64,000 bases of DNA, taken from NCBI GenBank assembly GCA_951406725.2, contig OX597816.1, forward strand, positions 176,762,001 to 176,826,000, written 5' to 3'. This document shows, piece after piece, positions 38,771 through 53,354 of the stretch. How positions within the stretch are numbered: position 1 is the first letter of the stretch; every line of letters begins with the position of its first letter. The translations under genes were made by a program, and so were the position numbers. Source of the DNA: Octopus vulgaris. Lineage: Eukaryota. The notes below the pieces were generated by a model that saw only the letters and a list, made by a program, of their open reading frames with translations, did not search any database and was not told the DNA's origin.

Positions 38771-38979
38771 TGACTATATACTTATGAGTAAACAGGGAAT
38801 TATTAATATCTATATATTATGTACAAGCTGGATCTATGGGCTTGGACATGGCTGTGTAGTAAGATATTTGCTTCCCAACCACATGTTTTTGGTACCTTGG
38901 GTAAGAGTCTTCTACTATAGCCCCAGACTGACCAAATCTTTGTGACTGTATTTGGTAGATGGAAACTGGAAGAAGCCCA

Positions 38980-39037
<58 letters not shown>

Positions 39038-39632
39038 CCTCGGCTGGCCCCATGCCGGTGACACGTAAAAGCACCATCCGTTCGTGGCCGTTGTGCCAGC
39101 TCTGTCTGGCACCTGTGCAGGTGGCACGTAAAAAACACCCACTACACTCGTGGAGTGGTTGGCGTTAGGAAGGGCATCCAGCCGTAGAAACACTGCCTAA
39201 TCTGACTGGGCCTGATGAAGCCTTCCGGCTTCACAGACCCCAGTTAAACCGTCCAACCCATGCTAGCATGGAAAACGGACGCTAAACGATGATGATGATG
39301 ATGATGATGATGATATATACACACTCATACACACACACACTGTGTGTGTGTGTGCATGTGTGTGCATGCTGTTGTCTCCTTGCCTTGACTTCACATGATA
39401 ATTGTAAAACAAATGCCACTGTCATGCAAATCATTTGGCTAAGAATTCTTTAAGGCGGTACTCCAGCATGGCCACAGTTTAATGACAAAAACAAATAAAA
39501 GATCAAAGATAATAAATAACCTAAATGTTACCTTATTTGACACCTGGGTAGAAGTAATAAGGTTCAACCCAAACAATAAGAGATTAGTAATAGAAGAATG
39601 TGCATTGCAGTTCCCAGTGTAAGGATGGTACA

Positions 39633-42600
39633 CATCATCATCATCATCATCGTTTAACGTCCGCTTTCCATGCTAGCATGGGTTGGACGGTTCAACTGGG
39701 GTCTGGCAAGCTCGAGGGCTGCGCCAGGCCCAGTCTGATCTGGCAGTGTTTCTACAGCTTGATGCCCTTCCCAACGCCAACCACTCCGAGAGTGTAGTGG
39801 GTGCTTTTATGTGCCACCTGCACGAGGGACAGTGTGGCGGTACTGGCGAGCTGGCAGAAATGTTAGCACGCTGGGCAAAATGCTTAGCAGTATTTTGTCT
39901 GCCGCTACGTTCTGAGTTCAAATTCCGCCGAGGTCGACTTTGCCTTTCATCCTTTCAGGGCTGATTAAATAAGTACCAGTTATGCACTGGGGTCGATATA
40001 ATCGGCTTAATCCGTTTGCCTGTCCTTGTTTGTCCCCTCTGTGTTTAGCCCTTTGTGTGTAGTAAAGAAATAGGTACTGGCAACGGCCATGCTCGAAATA
40101 GTGTTTTTACGTGCCACCTGCACAGGAGTCAGTCCAGCGGCACAGGAGTCAGTCCAGCGGCACAGGAGTCAGTCCAGCGGCACAGGAGTCAGTCCAGCGG
40201 CACTGGCAACAACGTTGCTTGAATGTTTTGTTCAAGTGCCACCAGCACAAGTGCCAGTAAGGCGATGCTGGTAACGATCACGTTCAAATGGTGCTTTTTA
40301 CGTGCCCACCAGCACGGAAGCCAGACAGCTGCTCTGGTAGTGATTCCGCTCTGATGGAGCTGTTAACGCTCCACTGGCACAGGTGCCAGTCATCGAATTT
40401 GGTTCAATTTCGATTTCACTTGCCCCAACAAGTCTTCGCAAGCAGAGTTTTGTGTCCAAAGAAGGAAAGGTATGCATAAGTGGGCTGGCTACATTCCTGG
40501 TAAAGGCCATGGGTTATGGTCTCATTTTCCTGCCGGGTTTTCTTACGCACAGCATACTTCCATAGGTCTCGGTCTCTAGTCATTTCCTCGGTGAGACCTA
40601 ATGTTCGAAGGTTGTGCTTCACCACCTCGTCCCAGTTTTTCCTGGGTCTACCTCTTCCACAGGTTCCCTCAACCACTAGGGTGTGGCACTTTTTCACACA
40701 GCTATCTTCATCCATTCTTGCCACATGACCATACCAGTGCAATTGTCTCTCTTGCACACCACAGCTGATGCTTCTTAGGTCCAACTTTTCTCTCAAGGTA
40801 CTTACATTCTGTTGAGCATGTACACTTACATTGCACATCCATCGGAGCATACTGGCTTCATTTCTTGCGAGCTTACGCATATCCTCAGCAGTCACGGCCC
40901 ATGTTTCACTGCCATGTAGCATGGCTGTTCATACACATGCGTCATACAGTCAGCCTTTTACTCTGAGCGAGAGGCCTTTTGTCCCTAGCAGAGGTAAGAG
41001 CTCTCTGAACTTTGCCCAGGCTATTCTTATTCTAGCAGTTACACTTTCAGCACATCCGCCCCCGCTACTGACTTGGTCACCTAGGTAACAGAAGCTATCA
41101 ACTACTTCTAGTTTTTTTCCCTGGAATGTGGCAGAAGTTGTTCTCTGCACATTTTCAGTGTTTATTGCTCATGAGCATCTGCCACATACAAAAACTATCT
41201 TCCTAGTTAGCCTTCTTTGACATTGCTGCACCTCTTATGTGTCCATAGCTTACACTTGGTGCATCTTATAGAGTTTCTACCTACGCCTTTATACGGGGAA
41301 AATAATGTTAGTCAGCTTGGCCTAGGGTACGATGTGGTCTGGAATTTATCACTTCCATACCATAACCAGGGCTGTATATTATTCATGATTATTTTAGAAT
41401 TTAATTGAAACTCACGAAGGGCATATTTTGGTCAGAAATATAGTAACAAGAAGGTTAAAACTTTTGTCTACCTTCCTACTTATTAGGACTTTGGTTTGAC
41501 TCTGAGGCCCTTCGATTCTAATCCTTGCTTCCACACCTGAAACTTCTCCTCTAGTTCTGATAGTGACTCAGCAATTAGAGCAAGGTCATCAGCATAGAGG
41601 AGCTCTCAGGGGCATCCTGTCTTGAATTCCTCTGTTAATTCCTGGAGAACTATGATAAACAGGAGGGGGCTGAGGACTGGACCTTGGTGGACCCCTACCT
41701 CTACCTGGAATTCTTCACTGTACTCGTTGCCAGCTCTCACCTTACTGACGACATCCCTGTACATGACTCGCACAGCTCTCACTAACCATTCATCTATCCC
41801 TAGTTTCCTCATTGACCACCAGATAAGGGATCGGGGGACCCTGTCAAAGGCTTTCTCCATGTCAACGAAAGCCAGGTACAGAGGTTTATCTTTGGCTAGG
41901 TATTTCTCCTGCAGCTGTCTTACCAGAAATATAGCATCAGTGGTGCTTTTCCCTGGCATGAACCCAAACTGCATCTCATCTAAACTGACTCCCTCTCTAA
42001 TTAGTTGAGCTATGACCCTCTCCATGACCTTTATTACCTGATCCAACAGCTTTATACCTCTGTAATTATTTGTATCTAAAGCGTCACCTTTACCTTTGTA
42101 GCAGTTGACTATTATGCTGCTACACCAGTCATTGGGTATGACTCCTTCGTGTATCACCTGGTTAACTATCTGGGTGACTAGGCTATAGCCGACACTACCA
42201 GATATTTTGAGCATCTCTCCAGTGATTCCTGATGGGCCGGGGGCTTTCCCTACCTTCATACAAGGTACTGTCAATTTGGATAGCTGGTCCCTCTGTTGGG
42301 TTGACATTCAGCAGACTCTCTTTCTCCCATTCATTTTCTTTATTCAGCAACATTTCATAGTGGCGTCTCCAAACCTCTCTCTTTGCATCCTCATTTAGCG
42401 CAAATGAACCATCATCCATGCGAACACACTTCTCTCCTACCACATCACGATTCTCTCTCACACACTGTCTTGCAACACGAAATACTTCAAGTCTTTGGTC
42501 CTCACGGCGCAGAACATTGGCAAATTTTTTCTTATCTGCTTCCCCTCTGGTTAAATAAACCTGTCTCCTAGCTTCCCTTCTGGCAGTCTGATACAATTCC

Positions 42601-43440
42601 CTGCTACCTCCGTTCTTCCAGTCCCTCCAAGCCTGTTTCTTTTGTCTAATAGCCCTGTCAACCACATTGTTCCACCAGCACGTTACCTTGAGTCAAGAGG
42701 GGACTTTGCACCATCTGCAGATCTGGTCAGTTGCTCTCAACAGGTTGTCCTGTAGAAATCTCCAGTTGTCTTCCACATTATGTGATGCAATATCCCCTTC
42801 TATTTCATCGAAGGCTTCGAGTAATATGTCTCTAAATCTCTCTCCATTTGCAGGATCTTTAAGCTTCCAGACATTTCTCCTCCATGCTGGTCGTCTTCTG
42901 GCCATCCATTTGGCCCTGATCCTGAAGTTGCTAACTACTAATCTATGTTGAGGGGTACATTCTTCACCTGGGAAGGTTTTGGCATTTATAAGCAGCCTTC
43001 TTTCCCTTTTTCTGGCGAGTATGTAGTCAATTTGGCTAATGTGTCTGCCAGAATGGTAGGTGACTAGGTGACAGGTGGGTTTCCTGAAGTTGGTATTGCA
43101 AACCATAAGATCATTGGCATCGCAGAACTCCAGCAGTCTGGTTCCCTCCTCATTGCAGGAACCAAAACCATAGCCTCCATGTACGCCATGGAAGCCCCCT
43201 GCACGTTGTCCAACATGTCCATTGAAATCACCAGCCACAAAGAGAAGGTCCTTGTCGTTTGTCAACGAGGTAGTCTGCAAAAAGGTGTCATAGAATCGGT
43301 CTTTTTGCCCCTCCAGCAGCCCCAGTTGAGGGGCATAGGCCGAGATAATGGTAGCTGACCTATGGTGAAGCACTAATCTAATCTTAAGTACTCTGTCACA
43401 TACTCTGACTACCTTGATTACCTTATCAACACAATCAGGG
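39633..43440 (-). mobile_element. RTE LINE, near-complete ORF2 (EN + RT) and 3' UTR; frameshifted; interrupted by a SINE (39845-40073) and a MITE-end fragment (about 41292-41458)
   Basis: SAYAPQ, VAGDFNGHVG, QIDYIL, QHRLVV (EN); NYRGIKLL, QFGFMPGKSTTDAIF, DMEKAFDRV, GVHQGPVLSPLLF, LYADD (RT); LHGSETW, RGRPRKNW. Confidence 0.95.
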
Positions 43441-44555
43441 AAAATCATCAACATCAAGGTGAGATAACAAATTTTAACTTTACACTGCATTCTTGATTTG
43501 TTATCAATAAACTGTCCTAGCTTTTGCTTTAAAATATTGATATTCTGTATAGATTTGATATCATCAGGCAAACCATTGTATGCAGTACATGCAGCAAAAT
43601 CTAACATGTTCTCTAATCTATTTAGACTAACCTTCATCATTATCATTTAGCATCTGCTTTCCATGCTGGCATGGGTTAGATGGTTTGACTGAAACTGGTG
43701 AGCTGGAGAGCTGTACCAGGTTCCAATCTGATTTGGCATGGCTCTATGGCTGGATGCCCTTCCTAAAGCTAACCACTCCAGGAGTGTAATGGGTGCTTTT
43801 TATGTGCCACTGGCACAGGTGCCAGTTGTATGACAAGGGCATCTGACACTTATCAATACATGTTTTGTTCTGGTTTCTATTTTCTCAACTATTCACTTTG
43901 AAGTTGGTCATTTTCCTCAATGAGAAAAGCATTTACATATCAAGTTCATTTTAACTCTGTCTTTTACCCAATTTAGTTCATTCATGTTTAGTTTCCACAG
44001 ATGTTTCCTATTCAGAACCCATGTCTCACTGCTATATAGTATTGTTTATGTTATTCAGGCATCAATTTGTCTTTGCTTAGAAAGAGTAACTTGAAAATAG
44101 GCAATATCTCCCTCAACTTCATCCATATTCTTACTCAGTCTAAGACACTTGCACCACAACTGCTTACATCACAAATCATGTCACTTAGATTGTGGAAAGT
44201 ATTATTTGAATTGTCTGAGTATTACATGGATTTCATTACATGGTTGTCTTGTACCTAGGATTCTGTTTCCTGTCAAGCTACCATAAATTCACTATACTTT
44301 TTTTATCAGCAATTGTTTCTACTGAATTTCAACCAACCCACTTCTTACATATTGTGCCAGTTTATTTCTTAGTTAACACTTAGTGTTTGTACTTTCTCAC
44401 AAATAACCAGTACCATGTTTTGCCATGTTTACATTTAAGTTTTTCTACTCTAAAACAGTTTTTTTGACTTCAAATTTTATATTCTATTATGAGAAGCAAC
44501 TCAGAAGCATATAAAAATTCCACTAACATCTAATCCTGAAAGCTATAATTTAGTA

Positions 44556-45850
44556 CGAGGGGGTGCTGAAAAGTTGCTGCTTTTAAGGGTATTGTGAAAC
44601 AATTGTGCTGTTACCGTTACAGGGAGATAGGACAACTCTTTAGAAGATATGCAAAAATGTCATGATGGCATACAATATATCTTTCTTTTTTTTGCAGATT
44701 TAACAAAAGATGGCAACTCCAACAGTGGATTTTGGTAAAATCGAAGCATGAGCAGTTATGAAGTTCTTCTTTGTGCAAGGCAAAGGAGTGGCAAAATCCA
44801 TAACACGATGAAGGAAATCTTGAAAAATGGCTATCCATCTTACTTCACAGTGAAAATCGGGGTTTCACGGTTTCAGACTGATCATTTTGATGTCATAGAT
44901 GAACCCTGGTCAGGGTGATCAACTTCTGTGAGAACAGAGGATTAAGCCAACGCTGTGTATATCATGATTTCAGCTAGAGTCATAGCTGAGATTCTGGGGA
45001 ATTCCTGAAAATGAGCTGGCAACATCATCCACAACATTCTGGTCATGAGAAAGCTTTCTGCAAAATGGGTGCCAAAATACCTGGACATAGATCAGAAGCA
45101 CATAACAAAATACCTGGACATTGATCAGAAGCATATCACAAAATACCTGAACTTAGATCAGAAGCACAAAAGACAATTTTGGACTGGTTTGCTGTGGGAG
45201 AGGCTTAGTCACTTTGGATGAAACTTAGCTTCATCTTTATGATTACCAGACCAAGTAGCAATCAGTGGAGTAGTGCCACTGTGGTTCACTGTATCCCATG
45301 AAGTTTTGGACCCAGGAGTTAGCTGGAAAGATTCTGGTTTCAGTGTTCTGGACAAGGATGGAGTACTCCTCATAAAATACCTGTCAAAGGTATGCAGAAT
45401 ACTACATGTCTCTGTTGGATGAATTGCATGAAGCTTTGAAGCAGGGACACCATGGAAAGTTGAACCACAGTGTCCTGTTTTTGCAGGACAATGCACCAGC
45501 GCACACAGCACATGAAACTCTATGGAAAATATGCAACTTTGGCTTCAAGTTGATAGACCATCCACCTTACTCACCTGTCTTGACTCCCTCTAACTATCAC
45601 CTCTTTCTACAACTGAAGAAACATCTTAAGGGTGCAAAATTTCACTCTGATTCAGAAGTGATTGCTGCTACAGATGCCTGGTCGGAGGCCCAAACTTCCG
45701 AGTTCTTTTTACAGGGCTTAGAAAAACTAAAGGACTGCTATAAGTGTGTAAATATGAGAGGGGAATATGTTGAATAAAATCATAATTAAATTAACTGATC
45801 CTCCTGTATTTTCTTTTACCCAAAGCCAGGAATTTTTCAGCACTCTTTCA
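44556..45850 (+). mobile_element. Full-length (~1.3 kb) decayed mariner, TA TSDs
   Basis: ta|cgagggggtgctgaaaagtt ... aatttttcagcactctttca|ta; KWVPK, LQDNAPAH, HPPYSPVLTPSNYHLF; internal ~33-bp triplication at about 45073-45165. Confidence 0.92.
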
Positions 45851-46924
45851 TAAATAGTATTAAGAATAGAACCATAGTAAGCACTATTTGTAGACTAGAT
45901 TCTTAACTGAAATCACTGTTAATTCCTGATTTTGCTTATAAATGGCCTGAACAGTACCATCCATTTACAACCATCTTTTTCAGTTTGCATCAGACTATCG
46001 AATCTAGGACCTTCAAAGCAGAATTCCTTGTTCTTAGTTGAACATTTTTCTTGTAGATAAATGACTAGAAGTATGGAAATATGGAAACATCCTTGAGCTG
46101 ATACATACTCGAAGCAACTCTTATGGAACCCAACTTTGTCTTTAGTATGATTCTGCACTAACTTGACCCAACAGCCAAGTCTTCTTGTTTTCTTACTCTT
46201 GTTGTTGTCACCAAATAGGCTCCGATTGAGTAGACCTATAATCATCCTTTTGTGAGGATTTTAGTCTAAACATCCAAGACCATCTTGTCTTATTTTGGTG
46301 AATAGTATATCATAGACTACTTCATCTAGTGTATTCTTTTTTTAAGTACTATGGTGTAATTTGAGAGATATTTGGCTTCTATTTCTAACAATTTGAGCCG
46401 TCACATTGAGACTCTTTTGGTTACTCTGTCTGTGAGTGACAGCTGTACTACTACGTAAGTCAATGAATGGGGTTAATACTTTGTGCCAGAGAGAAGCAAG
46501 ATAACGTTGAAGCATAATTACAATGCATGGGTTAAAATAAATACTTAGAGGTAAGAGATTAAGTAGTAAATATTCGAAGCATTTTAGTTTATAGGTTTAA
46601 AGTATAAACATGTGTTTCTAATATAGTGGAAGTATTTTACCCTAAGTTCACAGGATTTATTAAGGGCATTACCTAAACATTTAGGCAATTATGGACTCCT
46701 AACGTAATCTAATGATTTCTACACCTCAGCAACTGTCATTAATGGACCTGCACTTCTCTTGTCTCATTAATTTCCCTTGTATGTATATCTATAGATTACC
46801 TCTCTGTTGATTCCTTTTGAGGTTGACCCTCATAATTCTGTTCATATTCTTTGTTCAGAAGATACTTCTATTTGTCTTTCTTTTCATATTCACTGATTTA
46901 TCAGTTTCATTTTGAATATAATTC

Positions 46925-47276
46925 TTTGTAATTATATCCTTTATCTTTCATCTGTTTCAGTCATTAGACTGCGGCCATGCTGGGGCACCACTTTGAATTT
47001 TTAGTAGAATGAATTGACCCCGGTACTTATTTTTTTTAAAGCCTGGTACTTATTCTATCTGTCTCTTTTGCCAAACCACTAAGTTATGTGGGAGGGTGGG
47101 AAACAAACACAGACACACACACATATAGTTGCAGGTGTAGCTGTGTAGTAAAAAGTTTGCATCCCAACCTCGGTTCAGTCCCTCTGTGTGGCACCTTGGG
47201 CAAGTGTCTTCTACTATACCCTCAGGCTGACCAAAGCCATGTCAGCGGACTTTGTAGACAGAAACCGAAAGAAGTC

Positions 47277-47320
<44 letters not shown>

Positions 47321-48125
47321 TTATGTGTGTGTGTGTGTCCCTACACCATTGCTCGATAATGTAGCAGTTCAGCAAAAGAGACCGATAGAAAAAGTCCTGG
47401 GGTTGATTTCTTCAACTAAAAAACCTTTTACGGCAGTGCTCCAGCATGGCTGTAGTCAAATGACTGAAACAAGTAAAAGAATATATATATGACGGGCTTC
47501 TTTCAGTTTCTGTCTACCAAATTCACTCACAAGGCTTTGGTTAGCCCGAGGCTATTGTAGGAGACACTTGCCCAATATGAATATATTATCCAGCTATTTG
47601 AAATATTTCACGCTGCTTATTCTAAAGGCACAGAACACAAGTAATCTTGTTTTTATCTTGGTTAAGTAAATCTTAGCTCACTTCTTGACCCTTGACATTG
47701 CTTTATGCTTCCTACTTTATTCACATAAGTTTGGCAGCCTGTTCCAGTGACAGGACTGATCAGTGGCTTGCATCCAATTGTTCATTAGGAATACCTACAT
47801 ATATATCCTTTATCCTTTACTTATCTAAGTCTTTAGACTGCGGTTAGGCTGGGGCACCACCTTAAAGAATTTCTAGATTAATGTATTGATCTCAGGACTT
47901 ATATTTTTAGCAGCCTGGTACTTATTCTATCAGTCTCTTTTGCAGATCCACTAAGTTATCGGACATAAACAACAGCACCAGTTATCAAGCAGTTATCAAC
48001 CTCATAAGGTTTTGGTCAGCCCGAGGCTATAGTAGAAGACACTTGCCCAAGGTGCCTTGCAGTGAGACTGAACCCTGAACCATGTGGTTGGGAAGCAAAC
48101 TTCTCACCACACAGCCACGACTGCA
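46925..48125. mobile_element. Cluster of nested family C SINEs in both orientations
   Basis: A minus copy split by a plus copy (47130-47480), and a further minus copy at 47805-48125. Confidence 0.8.
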
Positions 48126-48446
48126 CCTATATCTATATATTGATATAATAGCACATTTCTTCTTACCTTTTCTATCATGCTTGAGAAAGTAATTCAAAAG
48201 TGGGAGAGAAAAAAGAAGGGAAAATAAGAGATGTTAATGATGGCAGTAGTGAAGATGTTAGTCATTTGTAACAATTGCTGACACTAAGGCACATGCGGTA
48301 AACCATGTAGTACTTTTTTTCTTTAAATTTTAGCTAAAAATTAAATTGTTAGCTGTTTGTTCTTTCCAACTTACATGAACCACTACCACTTTAATGCTCT
48401 AATCAACATCATCACCATCACCACAACAAACTATTACAGTTCAGTA

Positions 48447-48483
<37 letters not shown>

Positions 48484-49029
48484 GGTGCATTGCTGTGCTG
48501 AAGAAGATCTGCCTGCTACAGCAGATTTGATATCGGTGCTGGTGTCATGAAAAAAGCACTGGTGTTGGTGCCACATAAAAAAACACCCAGTATACACTGT
48601 GGAGTGGTTGGCATGAGGAAGGGCATCCAACTGTAGAAATCATGCCATAACAGACAATGGAGTCTAGTGTTGCCTCTGGCCTTACCAGGTCTAGTCAACC
48701 TGTCCAACCCATGCAACCATGAAAATTGGACATTAAATAATGATGATGGTGATAAATATAATTATTAGAAATACTAAAATGTTCAGCTAATGTCCTTAAT
48801 AAATCTTGGGAACTCAGGCAAAATACATCTACTATATTAGAAACAGTTTTTTATACTTCAAGCCTGTTAACTAAAATGCTTTGAATATTTTCTACTTAAT
48901 CTCTTACCTGTAAGCATTTATTTTAACCTATACTTTGTAATTAAGTTAAGTAAAACTGTCTCATTTGAATATTATTTAAGGCTAGGAATAGTTCATGCTT
49001 TACTGTAATCTTGTTTCTTTGCAGCACAA

Positions 49030-50950
49030 AGCCAAATTGCATGGGCTATAACTCTTTCTGTAACTTTCATGACCTGGTCAAGCAATTTGATGCCTTTGTA
49101 ATCGCTTCTATCTAAGGCATCTCCTTTAACCTTGTAGCAGCTGACTATAACGCGGCTACACCAGTCATTGGCACAACACCTTCCTGAATAACCTAATTAA
49201 CTATACAGATGACTAGACTATATCCTACTCCACTAGGTATTTTAAGCATCTCAGTGGTAACTTCTAATGGACCGAGGCTTTCTCTGTCTTTATATCCATA
49301 ATTGCCTCATCTATCATGCTGCTCTCAACACAAATAGCCAGTCCCTCTGTAGGGTTGATATAGAGGAGATTCCCTTTCTCTTATTTATTTTCCACATTTA
49401 AAAACTTCCATAGTTATACTTTCATGTCTTTTACTTTTTGAAGTGCAAGCATACCATTGTTTATCTGTATACACTTCTCTCCCACAACATCTCAATTATC
49501 TCTCACTCACTCTCTAATGATCTGGAATTGCTCAAGTCTTTGATCTTCACATTGTAAGGCATTGGCAAACCTCTTCCTTTCTGCTTCTGTCCTTGCTAGA
49601 TAAACCTAGCTTCCTTCTTGGCTACCTAATTTAGGTCTTTGCTGCCTCCATTTCTCCAATCTTTCCAAGCCTGTCTCTTCACTTTTATAGCCCTATCTAC
49701 CTAATTGTTCCACCACAAAATCACACTCCGTCTGGCAGAAACTTTGTGTCAGCTGCAGATTTGGTCTGCAACCTTCACAAGGTTGTCCCATAAGAACTTC
49801 TAGTTGTCTTCTACATTATATGTCACAACCTCTTCCTCTTTCTCATCAAACACTTTAATCAGAATATCTCTAAATCTCTGATTGTTTGATGGCTCTTTGA
49901 GCTTCCATAACTTCCTTGTCCATCTAGCCCTAAGTCTGAAGACAATAGTCATTAATCTGTGTTGAGTTGTACATTCCTTATTGGGAAAGGGCTTTGCATT
50001 TATAAGCCTATCCCTGTTTCTGATGAGAATGTAGTCAGTCTGGCTTGAGTGCCCACCAGACTGATAAGGGATTAGGTTGCTGGCAGGTTTCCTGAATTTA
50101 GTGTTGCAGACCAGCTTTGTTCCATCCTTATTTCTAATGTCAAAGCTGAAACCACCATGCACACCATAAAATCCATTGAAGTGCTGCCCAACATAACTGT
50201 TGAAGTCATCAGCTATGAAAATACAGTCATTGTCCTTCATTGTCGAGGTAGTCTGCAGAAGAGACTTGTGGAAACAGTCCTTCTGTTCATCATCTGGTCC
50301 AGCAATGTGAAGCATTTACAGAGATAAATGTCACTGTTAGATATCTTGCAAACAACTTGCACATGCAAGTGTTACCAGTTAAAAGCTCCGTATATCGGAA
50401 GCTAGCAAGTGTATGGGGTCATCAGGAGAGAATGCGCGCTGTTTCGGGGCCTACCTCTCGACGGCATCAATGCGCACCGGCCCCCCTCACTGATATGAGG
50501 CCCCGCTTGCTAGATCAGCTGGTTATGAAGAACTCAATATACTTCTAGCCATCGCTCATCGTCTCTTTTTAATCAAATCCAGTGGCTAGCCTTCTCCACT
50601 GTAGATTGGATATCAGTCATGGTGGTATTGACTTTACGATGAGTTAGGCCTAGCGATAACAACAGTCGTCTCACACTGTCCTACAAACCCTCTACATCCG
50701 ACTTCGATAGGAAAATGTTCCGCTTTCCAGCCTGCTTCTTCACATTCTTAACTTGATAATCCTATCACATACCCTGACAACCTCAATCACCTTATCTACC
50801 CAGTTCTCTGCCAAAAGTATACTTATACTGTCTACCCCATCACTACTCCCTATTCAGAAGAATATATATTTATGCTATTTACCCAAAAGCTCCCTACCAT
50901 CATACCTCTTTCATGCAGCAAACCTACACATTTCTCCACTTGAACTTTTC
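49030..50950 (-). mobile_element. Degenerate RTE LINE (EN region), interrupted at 50306-50744
   Basis: ORF 49800..50315 (IADDFNSYVG, QTDYIL, CTTQHRL) continues beyond the insert as NWVDKVIEVVRVCDRII. Confidence 0.85.
50306..50744. mobile_element. Putative solo LTR (TGTGAAG...CTTCACA), 439 bp
   Basis: GC- and CpG-rich insert with inverted TG..CA termini inside an RTE; no TSD because flanking RTE codons are missing. Confidence 0.55.
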
Positions 50951-51358
50951 AACAATCTCACTAAATCTGCCTTTCATGGTACTGACATAGATTGTAGCTG
51001 TTCTAAGTTTGTGGACTTCAAGGGAATGTGAGAATATGCAGGGGGTTGTGTTTGACATCTGTGAAGACGAATACTTTATTGGGCACTTGCCTGGAGGCAG
51101 TGGGGGCCTTGCATATGTCAGTGAAAGCAGGTGTGGGTAAATATGCATATGCTGCTCAATGTTTACAGTCTCCCTCCAATTCCAGGTCCCCAGAGGACAA
51201 GCCTCAACAAAACAAGGTGGGATGGGGATGGTGTGAGTAGGGCAGTCATAGGGTATTGGTCAAATTTTGAAAGTAGGCACACCTTTATATGCTTTCTCAT
51301 ATTTGTATATGAAACTCATATATATATGTGCTTAGGCATAAAAGCATATTTACACATA

Positions 51359-51575
51359 TGAAGGGGTGTTGAAAAGCTACTGGCTTTTGGTAAAAGAAAA
51401 TACAAGATCAGTTAATTATGATTTTATTCAACGTATTCCCTCCTTAGACCCACACACTTATTGCAACAGTTCTTCAGTTTTTCTATGCCTCGTAAAAGAA
51501 CTCAGAATGTTGGGCCTCCAACCAGGCCTTTTGCAATACACTTAAAGCCAGGAACTTTTCAGCCCCACCCCCTCG
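51359..51575. mobile_element. Mariner-derived MITE
   Basis: ta|tgaaggggtgttgaaaag ... cttttcagccccaccccctcg|ta; same TIR family as 44556-45850. Confidence 0.85.
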
Positions 51576-51707
51576 TATATATTTGTAGATATATGTAAAC
51601 TAACATAGGTGCTTAAAATATCAAACTGTGTGTATTGTTATGTAGACAACTATATAAACCCATTCTCATGCATATATGGTTTTATGCACTTTTCATTCAC
51701 ACATATG

Positions 51708-52143
51708 TATATATATAAACGGCAGTTTGTCTGTGTGTGTTTCTGTGTGTCTGTTAGGTTGTACCCTCACCCTGACCACAACTTTCAACCGATTCTGATG
51801 AAACTTGACACACACATAGCCCAATGTCATAATTCAAAACTAACGCAGTGAAAATTTTGAAAAGTTCCCCCAGTTCTGAAAAAAATCGATAAATTCGACA
51901 TGGGGTCGAGAATCTAAGCTTTTTATATGCAACACATTTTCTGTCTAGGGGACACAATTCAACCATTTTATCACCCAAAGGGACAGCTAGGAACATCGTA
52001 TACACAGAAGTATTCGAGTGAAGAGAAGACATTGCAACCTACACATGCGCCTTCGTTCCTTAGAGGGAAAGGACTAGATTGGGATTAGTCGTTGCCTACT
52101 AGGGACTCTTACATACCCGGGCAATGCCGGGCTATGCTGCTAG
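51708..52143 (+). mobile_element. Non-autonomous Helitron
   Basis: tatatatataaacggcagtttgtctgtgtg 5' end; cccgggcaatgccggg hairpin then CTAG|t. Confidence 0.8.
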
Positions 52144-53312
52144 TATGTATATATGTGTGTATCTGACATTAATAAGGGTAGAAGTTAGGTGAGTGGGAGG
52201 GATAAGGAGAAACAGTTTTGGTGGCTGCTCATTTAGTCTTTGTTTAAATAGGCTCCTGAACATGTGGATTCATCTTGCATGGAATTTAAGAACATATTTA
52301 CCTGAATAGGAATTTCAATAAACTTGCCTGTTGGGACAAGTGAAATCGGAATCGAAATTGAACCAATCCTATGACTGGCACCCGGCAGATGCCAGGACCC
52401 CTGGACTGGAGATATGTAAAAAGCACTATCCGAATCGTGGCCGAAGCCAGTGCCACCTCGACGGGCTTCCGTGCAGGTGGCACGTAAAATGCACCAATCC
52501 GACCGTGGCCAATGCCAGCCTCGCCTGGCACCAGTGCAGGTGGCACGTAAAAAGCACCCACTACACTCACGGAGTGGTTGGCATTAGGAAGGGCATCCAG
52601 CTGTAGAAACATTGCCAGATAAGACCGGAGCCTGGTGCAGCCTTCTGGCTTCCCAGATCCCCGGTCGAACCGTCCATCCCATGCTAGCATGGAGAACGGA
52701 CGTTAAACGATGATGATGATGATGATGATTCATAACTACTAACTACTACTTCGACAATGAATAATATTAATAGTCATTGACATGGCATCTGTTGGGACAG
52801 AGAGGAACTATGGTGAAGTGACTTGGACATTAAAATAAATTATATAGAAATATTTATTCAAGAATATTTGAGCAATGATAATATAAGAAAAACTGAATCA
52901 GGGATTTTATGTTAATGAAACTCCTCAGAGAGGGAAAGTGAAACAATTGGGTTGCAAGTTACATTTTATTGACAAGGAAAAAAGAAATTTGTAGAGTGAC
53001 TTATCTTAGAACATGGAGATTGAGGGAAAAGCAGATTTTAGCTTACGTCTTGGTCACCTGCCGGAAATATATAAACAGTTACAAGGTGCTGAATTCAAAA
53101 GGTAAATGTAATGTGAAATTAATGAGAATAATACTGTAATGAACAAATTTTGAAGATATATAATTCTTCTTTATGTTGTCTTAATTATACATATGCATGT
53201 GTAATGTATAAATTTATGTTTATGTATATATATTTATGGCAGTTTTATGCTTATATGTACTGTGATATATGTATCTATGTCTATACATATATGTGTGTGG
53301 CAGGATGTGTGC

Positions 53313-53354
<42 letters not shown>

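Noticed and set aside
42693-43646. Craniofacial development protein 2-like gene
   Set aside because: This is the APE endonuclease of an RTE LINE read through from unrelated upstream sequence.
45406-45777. SETMAR or domesticated transposase
   Set aside because: It lies within TIRs and TA TSDs, the upstream frame is broken, there is no SET domain, and the third catalytic Asp reads Asn.
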